Positions 57,074 through 64,000 of a DNA stretch of 64,000 nt are shown piece after piece. The notes beneath the pieces are model-generated. The model was not told the origin of the DNA. It made no database searches and saw nothing but the letters and a program-made list of their open reading frames with translations. The stretch covers positions 384,001 through 448,000 of the forward strand of contig CAYSCM010000001.1 of assembly GCA_964429815.1 (NCBI GenBank). Reading direction: 5' to 3'. The stretch's first letter is position 1. Each line of letters opens with the position of its first letter. The DNA comes from an uncultured Candidatus Saccharibacteria bacterium. Lineage in GTDB: Bacteria; Patescibacteriota; Minisyncoccia; Phycocordibacterales; CAYSCM01. A program made the position numbers and the translations under genes.

Positions 57074-58366
57074 ATGAGCAAAAAGCTCGCCTTCTTTATA
57101 TTTATTGTGTCTGTCGTTGCCGTGTTGGTCGCGACAGCAGTGCAGACATCCGCGGCTCCCATCGTGCCGCAGGTATCCGCCCAGCCCGGCTCTGTTGAAG
57201 GCGGTCCGCTTCGCGCCTGCGACCTCCTCACCCTCTACAACAACATCCTCCGGTTCGGGATCTATGCTGCGACGGTTATTGCGACCCTCATGCTTACCTA
57301 CGCGGGCTTCCTCTACATCACCTCCTCGGCCAAGATAGGAAACATTGAAAAGGCACACGGGATTTTTACCAATGTCATCATCGGCTTCATCATTGTCCTC
57401 GTCGCGTGGCTTATCGTCTCGACTCTTTTGCGCGTGTTTACCGCGCAATCGAACTACAATCCGTTCGCCGCGATACAGTGCAATGTTGAAACACCGACGA
57501 CGACGCGCAACGTCACCCCTGCCGGATTTGAAACACAGTCCTATTCTGACTATCCCACCGGTCTTCCCGCCGGAGAGGTTCCGGTGTGCCTCACCGCCGA
57601 TAGCGACAGCAATTGCACCACCTACGCTTCCATCGGGCTGCAAGACTCGACCCTTCTTGAGTGCCAGGATCCCGGAGCAACCGGCGAGCAGTACTGTTGC
57701 TCGATGACTAACGCCGACGGCTCATGTAAGCTAGCGGTCACGGTCGGGCCAAATGGCCAACCTTCCTACAACAACGATGTGGGTGAGAATCTCTACGTAA
57801 ATCCGAATGTGGGGCTCACTGGCGTTGCCCCGACAGAAGGTATTTGCTCCCCGGATGCGCTCCAGAGCGTGTGGGGAGATAACGCCGCAACCGCTGGGTG
57901 CATATGCGCTTCAGAAAGTGGTGGGGGGCTCTACAACGGCATTACGGGCCCGCGCACGGACGTCATGCTCATCGATCAACAGCAGCCAGATGGTTTTTAT
58001 CCAGGTTTTTCGGCATGCCCATTCCAGCTCAACGTCACGAGCCTTCCGGCACAATATGGTGGATGTGGCGCGTATACCTGCAATACCAACACACAGGCGT
58101 GTATGATAAACGGTGTATTAACGCCACCCAATCCCACGAAATGCGATACAAATGTATCAGCCTATGAGCAAACCCTTGGATACAAGGAAGGGGCTCTGAG
58201 TCGAAACGGAGGCTATTGCCATGTGATAACCAATCAACCCGCCTTTAACTCCTGCGTGCAAAACCTTCTTACACCCGGGGGATGTGCCAAGGGAGCTCAA
58301 TATCTTCTTGCCAATGGCGGCTGGGCGCACTGGAGTACGAGCGCTAAAAAATGCCGAGCTATATGA
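57074..58366 (+). CDS. Pilin-like (TrbC/VirB2-type N-terminal module) protein with large Cys-rich extracellular C-terminal domain
   Basis: Signal peptide, then a two-TM module LLTLYNNILRFGIYAATVIATLMLTYAGFLYITSSAKIGNIEKAHGIFTNVIIGFIIVLVAWLIVSTLL. This matches the modules of 58920-59813 and the four small paralogs at 41.5-43 kb. The C-terminal ~300 aa contain more than 20 Cys. Confidence 0.55.
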   Translation: MSKKLAFFIFIVSVVAVLVATAVQTSAAPIVPQVSAQPGSVEGGPLRACDLLTLYNNILRFGIYAATVIATLMLTYAGFLYITSSAKIGNIEKAHGIFTNVIIGFIIVLVAWLIVSTLLRVFTAQSNYNPFAAIQCNVETPTTTRNVTPAGFETQSYSDYPTGLPAGEVPVCLTADSDSNCTTYASIGLQDSTLLECQDPGATGEQYCCSMTNADGSCKLAVTVGPNGQPSYNNDVGENLYVNPNVGLTGVAPTEGICSPDALQSVWGDNAATAGCICASESGGGLYNGITGPRTDVMLIDQQQPDGFYPGFSACPFQLNVTSLPAQYGGCGAYTCNTNTQACMINGVLTPPNPTKCDTNVSAYEQTLGYKEGALSRNGGYCHVITNQPAFNSCVQNLLTPGGCAKGAQYLLANGGWAHWSTSAKKCRAI

Positions 58367-58923
58367 GAAAACTATTACTCACCATCGTGCTCCTTCTTGT
58401 AGCGGTTGTCATCGGTGGTGGAATCTACGTATTCCTCGTTTCGCGCAGCACCCAGCCGGCAAGCGTACAAAACGAAACGGGAACTTCGCCTTTTGGCAGC
58501 GGCGCAGGAGCTATTCCTTCTGGCGGCAGCGGGCAAGGAAATACCACGTCCAGCCAAACCTCGGAGCAATTCATCGTCCTGGGAGCTGACGGTAGCATGA
58601 TTTCGGTAGCTGACTTCCGCTCAGAGCCGGGAGTGCAAGAGCTTTCTGACGGGAGCTATCGGCTCGGTCCATTCACCGGAAGCTCGACGTATCAAATTCT
58701 CTACTATGCCGCCGACAAGAGCTTCACGGTGACTCTTCTCGAGGAGCCACTGGGAGCCACGAGAGAGAGCGCAGAGCAGTACCTCATGAATGCTCTCCAA
58801 ATCGGCAAACCCCAGATGTGCAGATTGCGCTATGGTGTCTACGTGCCCATCAAGATCAGCCAGTTCTATGCGGCCACCAATCTCGGATTTAGTTTCTGTC
58901 CTCGCGCGATAAAACTACCATGA
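58363..58923 (+). CDS. Hypothetical membrane-anchored protein
   Basis: Start at MRKLLLTIVLLLVAVVIGGGIYVF (TM), then a Ser/Gly-rich linker and a small globular domain. Confidence 0.4.
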   Translation: MRKLLLTIVLLLVAVVIGGGIYVFLVSRSTQPASVQNETGTSPFGSGAGAIPSGGSGQGNTTSSQTSEQFIVLGADGSMISVADFRSEPGVQELSDGSYRLGPFTGSSTYQILYYAADKSFTVTLLEEPLGATRESAEQYLMNALQIGKPQMCRLRYGVYVPIKISQFYAATNLGFSFCPRAIKLP

Positions 58924-59813
58924 TACGCACCGCCGCAATCGCGCTCATTCTCTTGTGCGTCTTTGTCGTGACACCCTTTGCGCACGCGCAGAGTTTTGCT
59001 GGTCCCATAGTCCCCGATTGTGGTGGTGGCCCGTGCCAAGCCTGCCACCTCGTAAAGCTTGCGGACAACCTCCTGCGTTTCGGCATCTATCTGGCGACCG
59101 TCATTGCGACTCTAATCCTTGTCTATGCGGGTATTCTCTACATCACCTCAGCGAGCAACCCCAGCAATATTTCGAAAGCACACAGTTTATTTGGGAATGT
59201 CATTCTCGGTTTTATCATCATACTCATCGCTTGGATCGTCGTTGCTACGCTGCTGCGGGTTTTTCTCGGACAGGGCAAAGCTCTTCCGTGGGAGCAGCTC
59301 ACCTGTAACGTCACGGCGAATCCTGGCCCGACACCCTCGACCACGCCTCCAGGACTAACCGTAGCACCCCTTGCAGCTCCGCCAGGGGAAGGACAGCTCA
59401 CTGATCCGCAGGCGCGCCTTTCAATTGCCGCCTATAATGAGTCTCATCCTGACGCGCAGGTGTTAACTTGTGGTGATACAGCTTCCTGCCCGGCAATTCG
59501 CGACCGCGTCCTGTACGGCGGTATTGATAACGGCCTTCTCCAAAATGTCCTTGATACTACCTCTGCGGCCAATAGGGGGAACACCATTGTTACCTCCGCG
59601 GCAAATGAGCGTACTTCAGCTTCCAATCACCCAAGCGGCAATGCAATTGATATATACGGCACAAGCGCTTTCAATGCCTATGTTCAAAGCTTTCCGGCGG
59701 TCCCAGGTCTTTCAAACACATACCAGGTCGGGAATTATCGATACTGGTGGGAGCCATCAGGCACGGCTAATTCAACAGGGGACCATTGGCATATCTCAAA
59801 GACCGGACGTTGA
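58920..59813 (+). CDS. Pilin-like (TrbC/VirB2-type module) protein fused to a LAS/M15-family zinc peptidase-like domain
   Basis: N-terminal signal peptide plus two-TM module (LRFGIYLATVIATLILVYAGILYITSASNPSNISKAHSLFGNVILGFIIILIAWIVVATLL). C-terminal SNHPSGNAIDIYG ... GDHWHISK resembles the SxHxxGxAxD ... HxH zinc-binding signature of D-Ala-D-Ala peptidase-like (LAS) cell-wall hydrolases. Confidence 0.5.
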   Translation: MIRTAAIALILLCVFVVTPFAHAQSFAGPIVPDCGGGPCQACHLVKLADNLLRFGIYLATVIATLILVYAGILYITSASNPSNISKAHSLFGNVILGFIIILIAWIVVATLLRVFLGQGKALPWEQLTCNVTANPGPTPSTTPPGLTVAPLAAPPGEGQLTDPQARLSIAAYNESHPDAQVLTCGDTASCPAIRDRVLYGGIDNGLLQNVLDTTSAANRGNTIVTSAANERTSASNHPSGNAIDIYGTSAFNAYVQSFPAVPGLSNTYQVGNYRYWWEPSGTANSTGDHWHISKTGR

Positions 59814-59873
59814 CGCCTTCCTCGCGGTCTTGTATATTCTCCTTCACAGGGCAAGGCCCTTATTTTAATTTTC

Positions 59874-60032
59874 ATGTCACAAGATAGGCTTCTCAGGCTC
59901 AATTGCAGCGTCTGTAAGAACACCAATTATTGGACGAGCAAAAATAAAAAACTTGTCGAGCGCAAACTCGAGTTTAAAAAGTATTGCAAATTCTGCCGCA
60001 AGCAGACTATCCACAAGGAGGCAAAGAAATAA
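59874..60032 (+). CDS. rpmG: 50S ribosomal protein L33
   Basis: 52 aa MSQDRLLRLNCSVCKNTNYWTSKNKKLVERKLEFKKYCKFCRKQTIHKEAKK with the L33 zinc-ribbon pattern (CxxC...CxxC, TxKNKK..ErLELKKY). Terminator at 60037-60066. Confidence 0.8.
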   Translation: MSQDRLLRLNCSVCKNTNYWTSKNKKLVERKLEFKKYCKFCRKQTIHKEAKK

Positions 60033-60098
60033 TCAAAACACCGCCCCCAGGGGCGGTGTTTTGATTTGAGGAGGGGAGTAAGGTAATTTAGATACGTT

Positions 60099-60170
60099 GG
60101 GCCTATAGTTTAATTGGTAAAACAGCGGTCTCCAAAACCGCCATTCCCCGTTCAAGTCGGGGTGGGCCCG
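60099..60170 (+). tRNA. tRNA-Trp (anticodon CCA)
   Basis: gggccta-ta-gtttaattggtaaaac-a-gcggt-ctCCAaa-accgc-catt-ccccg-ttcaagt-cgggg-tgggccc-g. Confidence 0.8.
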
Positions 60171-61071
60171 CCTGGAATTTATACGAGAGCGCTTTCTTCG
60201 CGGACGAAAACCAACGTATGCCGTTGTCACGTTTCCACCACGTCATCTGTCGACGCGAGAACTGCCAAATGGCAGCCTCAAGCCGCGTGAGCATCTCCTC
60301 TTTGGATAGTTTCCCCTCAAGGTAGTCGGCGAGATAGCGATACTCAAGTCCAAGCTCACGCATGCGCTTCAAGCGGAGCCCCCTTCGTCGTAGGCGCTTC
60401 GCCTCAGCGACCATTCCCTCTCGTATACGGGCATGAAGACGTTTCGCAATGTTGGCTCGGAGTTGCGAGTCTTTTGGCCGTATCCCGATTGTTACTGCCT
60501 CGTAGCGTGGTTTCGGGAGCTCTGCGGTTTTTTCTGCTGCGAGTGCGACCTCGATGGCGCGAATGAGACGCACGGGATTTTGCTTGTCGATAGTGAGATA
60601 GCGACGCGGGGCGAGCTCTTTAAGGAGTGTTTTGAGTTCTGGGAGCGTCTTCTTTCTTAAATGATGTCTGAGAGCGGCGTCTGGCCGGACATTGGCAAGC
60701 TTTGTCTTACCGAGTGCGGCATCGATGTAAAACGCCGAGCCGCCGACCATGATGGGCAGTTTACCGCGCCGCGCTATATCCTCGATAGCGGCGCGGGCAG
60801 CGATAGCGAAATCATACGCAGTGAAGACCCGCTTAGGGTCAGCGATGTCGAGGAGGTGATGGCGGACACCTTTCATCTCACGTTTCGTAATTTTGCCCGT
60901 GCCAATCGTGAGACCGCGATATACCTGTCGAGAATCCGCGGAAATTATCTCGCCGTTAAGTTTTTTTGCCAGTCGCACACCCAGGCCGCTTTTCCCAGAG
61001 GCTGTGGGGCCGACTATAACGAGCACTTTTGTTCTTACGGACCTGTTTTTGTATACTTCTTTCGTACTCAT
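60103..61071 (-). CDS. miaA: tRNA dimethylallyltransferase
   Basis: P-loop VGPTASGKSGLG, DSRQVYRGLTIGTGK. The last ~22 codons are antisense to tRNA-Trp, so the annotated C-terminus may be an ORF-extension artefact. Confidence 0.8.
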   Translation of the reverse strand: MSTKEVYKNRSVRTKVLVIVGPTASGKSGLGVRLAKKLNGEIISADSRQVYRGLTIGTGKITKREMKGVRHHLLDIADPKRVFTAYDFAIAARAAIEDIARRGKLPIMVGGSAFYIDAALGKTKLANVRPDAALRHHLRKKTLPELKTLLKELAPRRYLTIDKQNPVRLIRAIEVALAAEKTAELPKPRYEAVTIGIRPKDSQLRANIAKRLHARIREGMVAEAKRLRRRGLRLKRMRELGLEYRYLADYLEGKLSKEEMLTRLEAAIWQFSRRQMTWWKRDNGIRWFSSAKKALSYKFQAGPPRLERGMAVLETAVLPIKL

Positions 61072-61084
61072 TAACTACATACTT

Positions 61085-61663
61085 ATGGAAACCATCACAC
61101 CGATCCACATCGGACAAAAAGTCCCAGATCTAGCCTTCAATGTCTACCACAATGATAAGGAGAAGAAAATGAGCCTCTCTGATTTCAAAGGGAAGTGGCT
61201 TATCCTCTTCTTCTATCCAAAGGACTTTACCTTCGTGTGCCCGACCGAGCTCGAAGAGATGGCCGGCCTTTATGATAAGTTCAAAAAAGAGGGGGCAGAG
61301 ATCGTCTCGGTCTCAACCGATACCGTGCAGGTGCATAAAGCCTGGCATGACACGTCCGAAGCTATCAAAACGATAACCTTTCCGATGGCTGCGGACCCAA
61401 CGCACGCCCTCACGCACACCTTCGGTGTCCATATCGAGGAGGAGGGTGTGGCACTACGCGGCTCATTCGTGGTTGACCCTGAGGGAGTGCTTCAGGCGCT
61501 TGAGATAAACCCCGATGGGGTAGGGCGTAATGCGAAGGAACTTTTGCGCAAGGTGCAGGCGCTCAAATTCGTCCGGGAGCACGGGGACAAAGTGTGTCCG
61601 GCGAGCTGGGAACCGGGGGACGAGACTCTTACTCCCGGAATGGACCTTGTCGGGAAAATATAG
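61085..61663 (+). CDS. Peroxiredoxin (2-Cys Prx / AhpC-TSA family)
   Basis: Start at METITPIH. Peroxidatic Cys motif FTFVCPTE. Resolving Cys in VCPASW. Confidence 0.85.
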   Translation: METITPIHIGQKVPDLAFNVYHNDKEKKMSLSDFKGKWLILFFYPKDFTFVCPTELEEMAGLYDKFKKEGAEIVSVSTDTVQVHKAWHDTSEAIKTITFPMAADPTHALTHTFGVHIEEEGVALRGSFVVDPEGVLQALEINPDGVGRNAKELLRKVQALKFVREHGDKVCPASWEPGDETLTPGMDLVGKI

Positions 61664-61815
61664 CCGCTAGAGAAGTACCCTCTCCGGGTCTTCTGATCTA
61701 CTAACTCCATATTCTAGTTTTTTGCAAAAAACTAGAATATGAGATTTCTATTATATATAGCGTCGCGGTCGGGGAATAAAAAGAAAAGCGGCGGCTCGTG
61801 AGAGCCGCCGCGGCA

Positions 61816-62559
61816 TTACCGGCGGTACAAATCCGTGTACTTGGTGATTATCTCAAGGGGTGACTTTTCATACCTTGGGTGAAAGAGCATTCGTCCCAAA
61901 ATATGATTCACCACTCGACCGTCCATGAGTGCAATAAGTTCTTCGGGCGTGATGGTATGGATTTGGTCGTCCTCCGCGATCCACGTGACCCACGTCGGGC
62001 GAATAGCGGGGATCCAAAAGATAACCTTATCGAAGCGAGGCTTTTCGAGCAGTGTCGGCAGATCCCTTCCCGAACAAACAATGTCATTGATACCGGCGTT
62101 GACTGCCTCGGTCGCGAGGAGTTCCACCGCCTCAGCTCGTGTCTCGACCTTGTGAAGTCGTCTGGTCTCAACAAGGGGCTGCGTCGTCGGAACCGTGACT
62201 GCAATCAGGGTAAGGTCGTGAGCTTTGGCAAGTGCGGCTCGCATCATGTGCTGCCCACCGACGGCAGCGACCGTGAGGTACTTCGCTCCAGCAAAGCGCG
62301 CTTTTTCAACGCGCTCCACCACGTCACTGTCGGCGCCATATCCTTTGTCGTCAACGAACACTCCTAGTGGGTCGAGTGGTCTTGCCGAGTGGATCGCGTT
62401 GACACCTCCTTTTAGGTTATGAGAGCGAAAGGGTCCGTGGATCTTGATACCCCGAACATGTGGATTCCTCGCGAGTTCAACTGCGAGGTTTTCATGCGTG
62501 TCTGGGAGCGGATGACCCAATCGCTCGTCAAGCGCTGGCCAAATTCTGAGTTCCTGCAT
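61816..62559 (-). CDS. Orotidine-5'-phosphate decarboxylase family protein (divergent)
   Basis: PyrF-like pattern (GIKIHGPF, LTVAAVGGQHMMRAA, LIAVTVPT, IPAIRP, DDQIHTITPEELI). The catalytic DxKxxD region is atypical (VDDKGYGAD). Confidence 0.45.
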   Translation of the reverse strand: MQELRIWPALDERLGHPLPDTHENLAVELARNPHVRGIKIHGPFRSHNLKGGVNAIHSARPLDPLGVFVDDKGYGADSDVVERVEKARFAGAKYLTVAAVGGQHMMRAALAKAHDLTLIAVTVPTTQPLVETRRLHKVETRAEAVELLATEAVNAGINDIVCSGRDLPTLLEKPRFDKVIFWIPAIRPTWVTWIAEDDQIHTITPEELIALMDGRVVNHILGRMLFHPRYEKSPLEIITKYTDLYRR

Positions 62560-62626
62560 TTCTCACCTCAGATGAACAGAGAATCTCGCGGTATAGTACG
62601 CTCCAAGAAAGGAAATGCAAGTTTGT

Positions 62627-62709
62627 GCCGGGGGAGAGAATCGAACTCTCATGACCGTGAGGTCGCACGATTTTGAGTCGTGTGCGTCTACCAATTCCGC
62701 CACCCCGGC
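62627..62709 (-). tRNA. tRNA-Leu (anticodon CAA), class II
   Basis: Reverse complement reads gccgggg-tg-gcggaattggtagacgc-a-cacga-ctCAAaa-tcgtg, long variable arm, gagag-ttcgatt-ctctc-ccccggc-a. The 5' half is nearly identical to tRNA-Leu(TAA). Confidence 0.8.
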
Positions 62710-62810
62710 AATTGGCTCCAATCTACACCACGCTGGATATTAAAGAAAATTCTTGCCGGCAGCGATAAGTTCGTGTAGATTCGGCGTAGCAGCTCTTAAG
62801 GGAGATCAAG

Positions 62811-63620
62811 ATGTCAGAGTCACTCACTAAGCGGCTCCGATTCGTGGAGACGTTTCAACGTCAAGCTGAACGAGAAAGTGAGAGGGACGAGTTTCAAATC
62901 GGGCGCCTCAAAGAACAACAGAGGCGGCGCAAGGAACGTGTCTATCAAATCCTTCGTCGCCTGAAGAGCGATCTGTCGACTGGAAGAATCCCGGTTCACA
63001 ACCGATTTCTCGCGTACGCCGCGCAGACGACCCACGCCGAAGGTCTGCACAATATTCCCTATCATTCCGCAGCTCTGAAGGCTCTCCACGGCGACTTATT
63101 GAAAAAGGAAGGGGAGTTGGCACTGGTAGCCACACTCTACATGCCCGAGTACCGACCGAGCGTCATAGTGGGTGTAATTGCTGCCGGCGGGTTACTAATC
63201 GGAGTAAACTCGCGAGGCGATCGCACCTGCTTCATTGATACTTCAAAACTCTCTCTCTGCTTCGGCGAGGAGGCTCATGATATGCCGGACGGACCGATGG
63301 CGATTGATGTTCCCCTTAGTCCCAGGTGGAGCAAGGATGACGGTCCACGACCTGAAGCGGGGTTTAACTGGCACTTTAAATTTTTCTTGGAGAACCACTT
63401 TGGTTGGCCAAAGCGGCGTGGGATTAAGGCGTTCGTCGCCGAATTACGTCGGGTGTGGTCCGGAGAAGGGATGCCGGAGAAAGGGTCTCAGTACCTTCTT
63501 TTGGGAAATGACGCCATCCGTAAAGCACAATACTTACTACAGCGTAGTGGAGTTGATCTTGGTCAGGTCAAAAAACTTTTTGGAGTCGATCTGAGCAAAT
63601 CAATTTCGGCGGCAGCCTAA
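62811..63620 (+). CDS. Hypothetical protein
   Basis: 269-aa ORF with a basic coiled-coil N-terminus. No motif recognised. Confidence 0.4.
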   Translation: MSESLTKRLRFVETFQRQAERESERDEFQIGRLKEQQRRRKERVYQILRRLKSDLSTGRIPVHNRFLAYAAQTTHAEGLHNIPYHSAALKALHGDLLKKEGELALVATLYMPEYRPSVIVGVIAAGGLLIGVNSRGDRTCFIDTSKLSLCFGEEAHDMPDGPMAIDVPLSPRWSKDDGPRPEAGFNWHFKFFLENHFGWPKRRGIKAFVAELRRVWSGEGMPEKGSQYLLLGNDAIRKAQYLLQRSGVDLGQVKKLFGVDLSKSISAAA

Positions 63621-63672
63621 TTCACCTACAAGCCCAGTGCGCAAGCGCTGGGCTTTTTGTTACAATATCGAA

Positions 63673-64000
63673 ATGACCCCCTACGTCGGAGACTCCATTT
63701 TTTGGGTCGAGCTCGATCGCATCAAGCCCAACCCCTACCAGCCGCGGCGAGAGTTCGACGAGGGGAAACTTTCCGACCTCGCTGAGTCGATACGGCAGTA
63801 CGGCGTGTTGCAGCCCATCGTCGTTACGCGCAAAGAGGTCCGCAAGGAGGACGGTGGCATCGTAAGCGAGTACGAGCTCATCGCTGGCGAGCGTAGGCTC
63901 CGCGCCAGCAGGCTTGCTGGCCTTTCCCAAATTCCGGCCATTATTCGCAACGAAGCGGAAAGTGATCGGATGAAGCTCGAGCTCGCCATCATCGAAAATT
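63673..64000 (+). CDS. parB: ParB/Spo0J-family partition protein (N-terminal part; runs off the window end)
   Basis: MTPYVGDSIFWVELDRIKPNPYQPRREFDEGKLSDLAESIRQYGVLQPIVV...LIAGERRLRASRLAG carries the ParB box I/II signatures. No stop codon before the window end. Confidence 0.8.
   Translation, partial: MTPYVGDSIFWVELDRIKPNPYQPRREFDEGKLSDLAESIRQYGVLQPIVVTRKEVRKEDGGIVSEYELIAGERRLRASRLAGLSQIPAIIRNEAESDRMKLELAIIEN

Noticed and set aside
1-64000. CRISPR arrays, rRNA genes, integrase or transposase genes
   Set aside because: I scanned for regularly spaced short direct repeats, 16S/23S/5S signatures and recombinase motifs (R..H..R..Y, DDE, catalytic Ser) and found none. The two islands have att-like repeats but no recombinase.

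Overview
This 64-kb window is GC-rich (about 58-60 %) and densely packed with short genes on both strands. It looks like a reduced-genome bacterium in the Patescibacteria / Candidate Phyla Radiation (CPR) style: short ValRS and IF-2, and many small signal-anchored hypothetical proteins. Identifiable housekeeping genes include a class II (B12-type) ribonucleotide reductase, RNase P RNA, MurJ, LepA, FtsB-like, ValRS, TsaD, FtsA and FtsZ (adjacent, with trxB on the same strand), YbeY, S21, a HisRS-like paralog, LepB, Pth, S1, GyrA, RbfA, IF-2, an IscS-like cysteine desulfurase, ClpB, L33, MiaA, peroxiredoxin and the start of ParB. There are 13 hand-folded tRNA genes. The non-core content is the interesting part. 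(1) A ~3.3-kb lower-GC island sits at tRNA-Ser(GCT), bounded by a 20-bp direct repeat of the tRNA 3' end. It carries a membrane protein plus HNH-endonuclease cassette and a duplicated small-basic-protein gene/leader, and no integrase. (2) A ~1.55-kb mini-island sits at tRNA-Leu(TAA), bounded by a 19-bp tRNA-end direct repeat and containing 76-bp inverted repeats around a two-gene operon. (3) Several other tRNAs (Phe, Val, Ser 5' end, Glu) carry partial tRNA-end duplications flanking 140-180 bp hairpin-rich inserts. (4) Six members of a TrbC/VirB2-like two-TM pilin-like family occur in two loci: four tandem small paralogs coupled to a solute-binding protein, and two larger fusions, one carrying a C-terminal LAS/M15-type zinc peptidase domain and one a Cys-rich domain. 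Other points: a small Gly-rich peptide gene with its own SD and terminator inside a ~1-kb structured non-coding region, an unexplained ~300-nt spacer bracketed by a terminator upstream of rpsU, and a catalytically dead trypsin-like protein. No CRISPR array, rRNA or integrase/transposase gene is visible. All coordinates come from hand inspection and may be off by a few nt.
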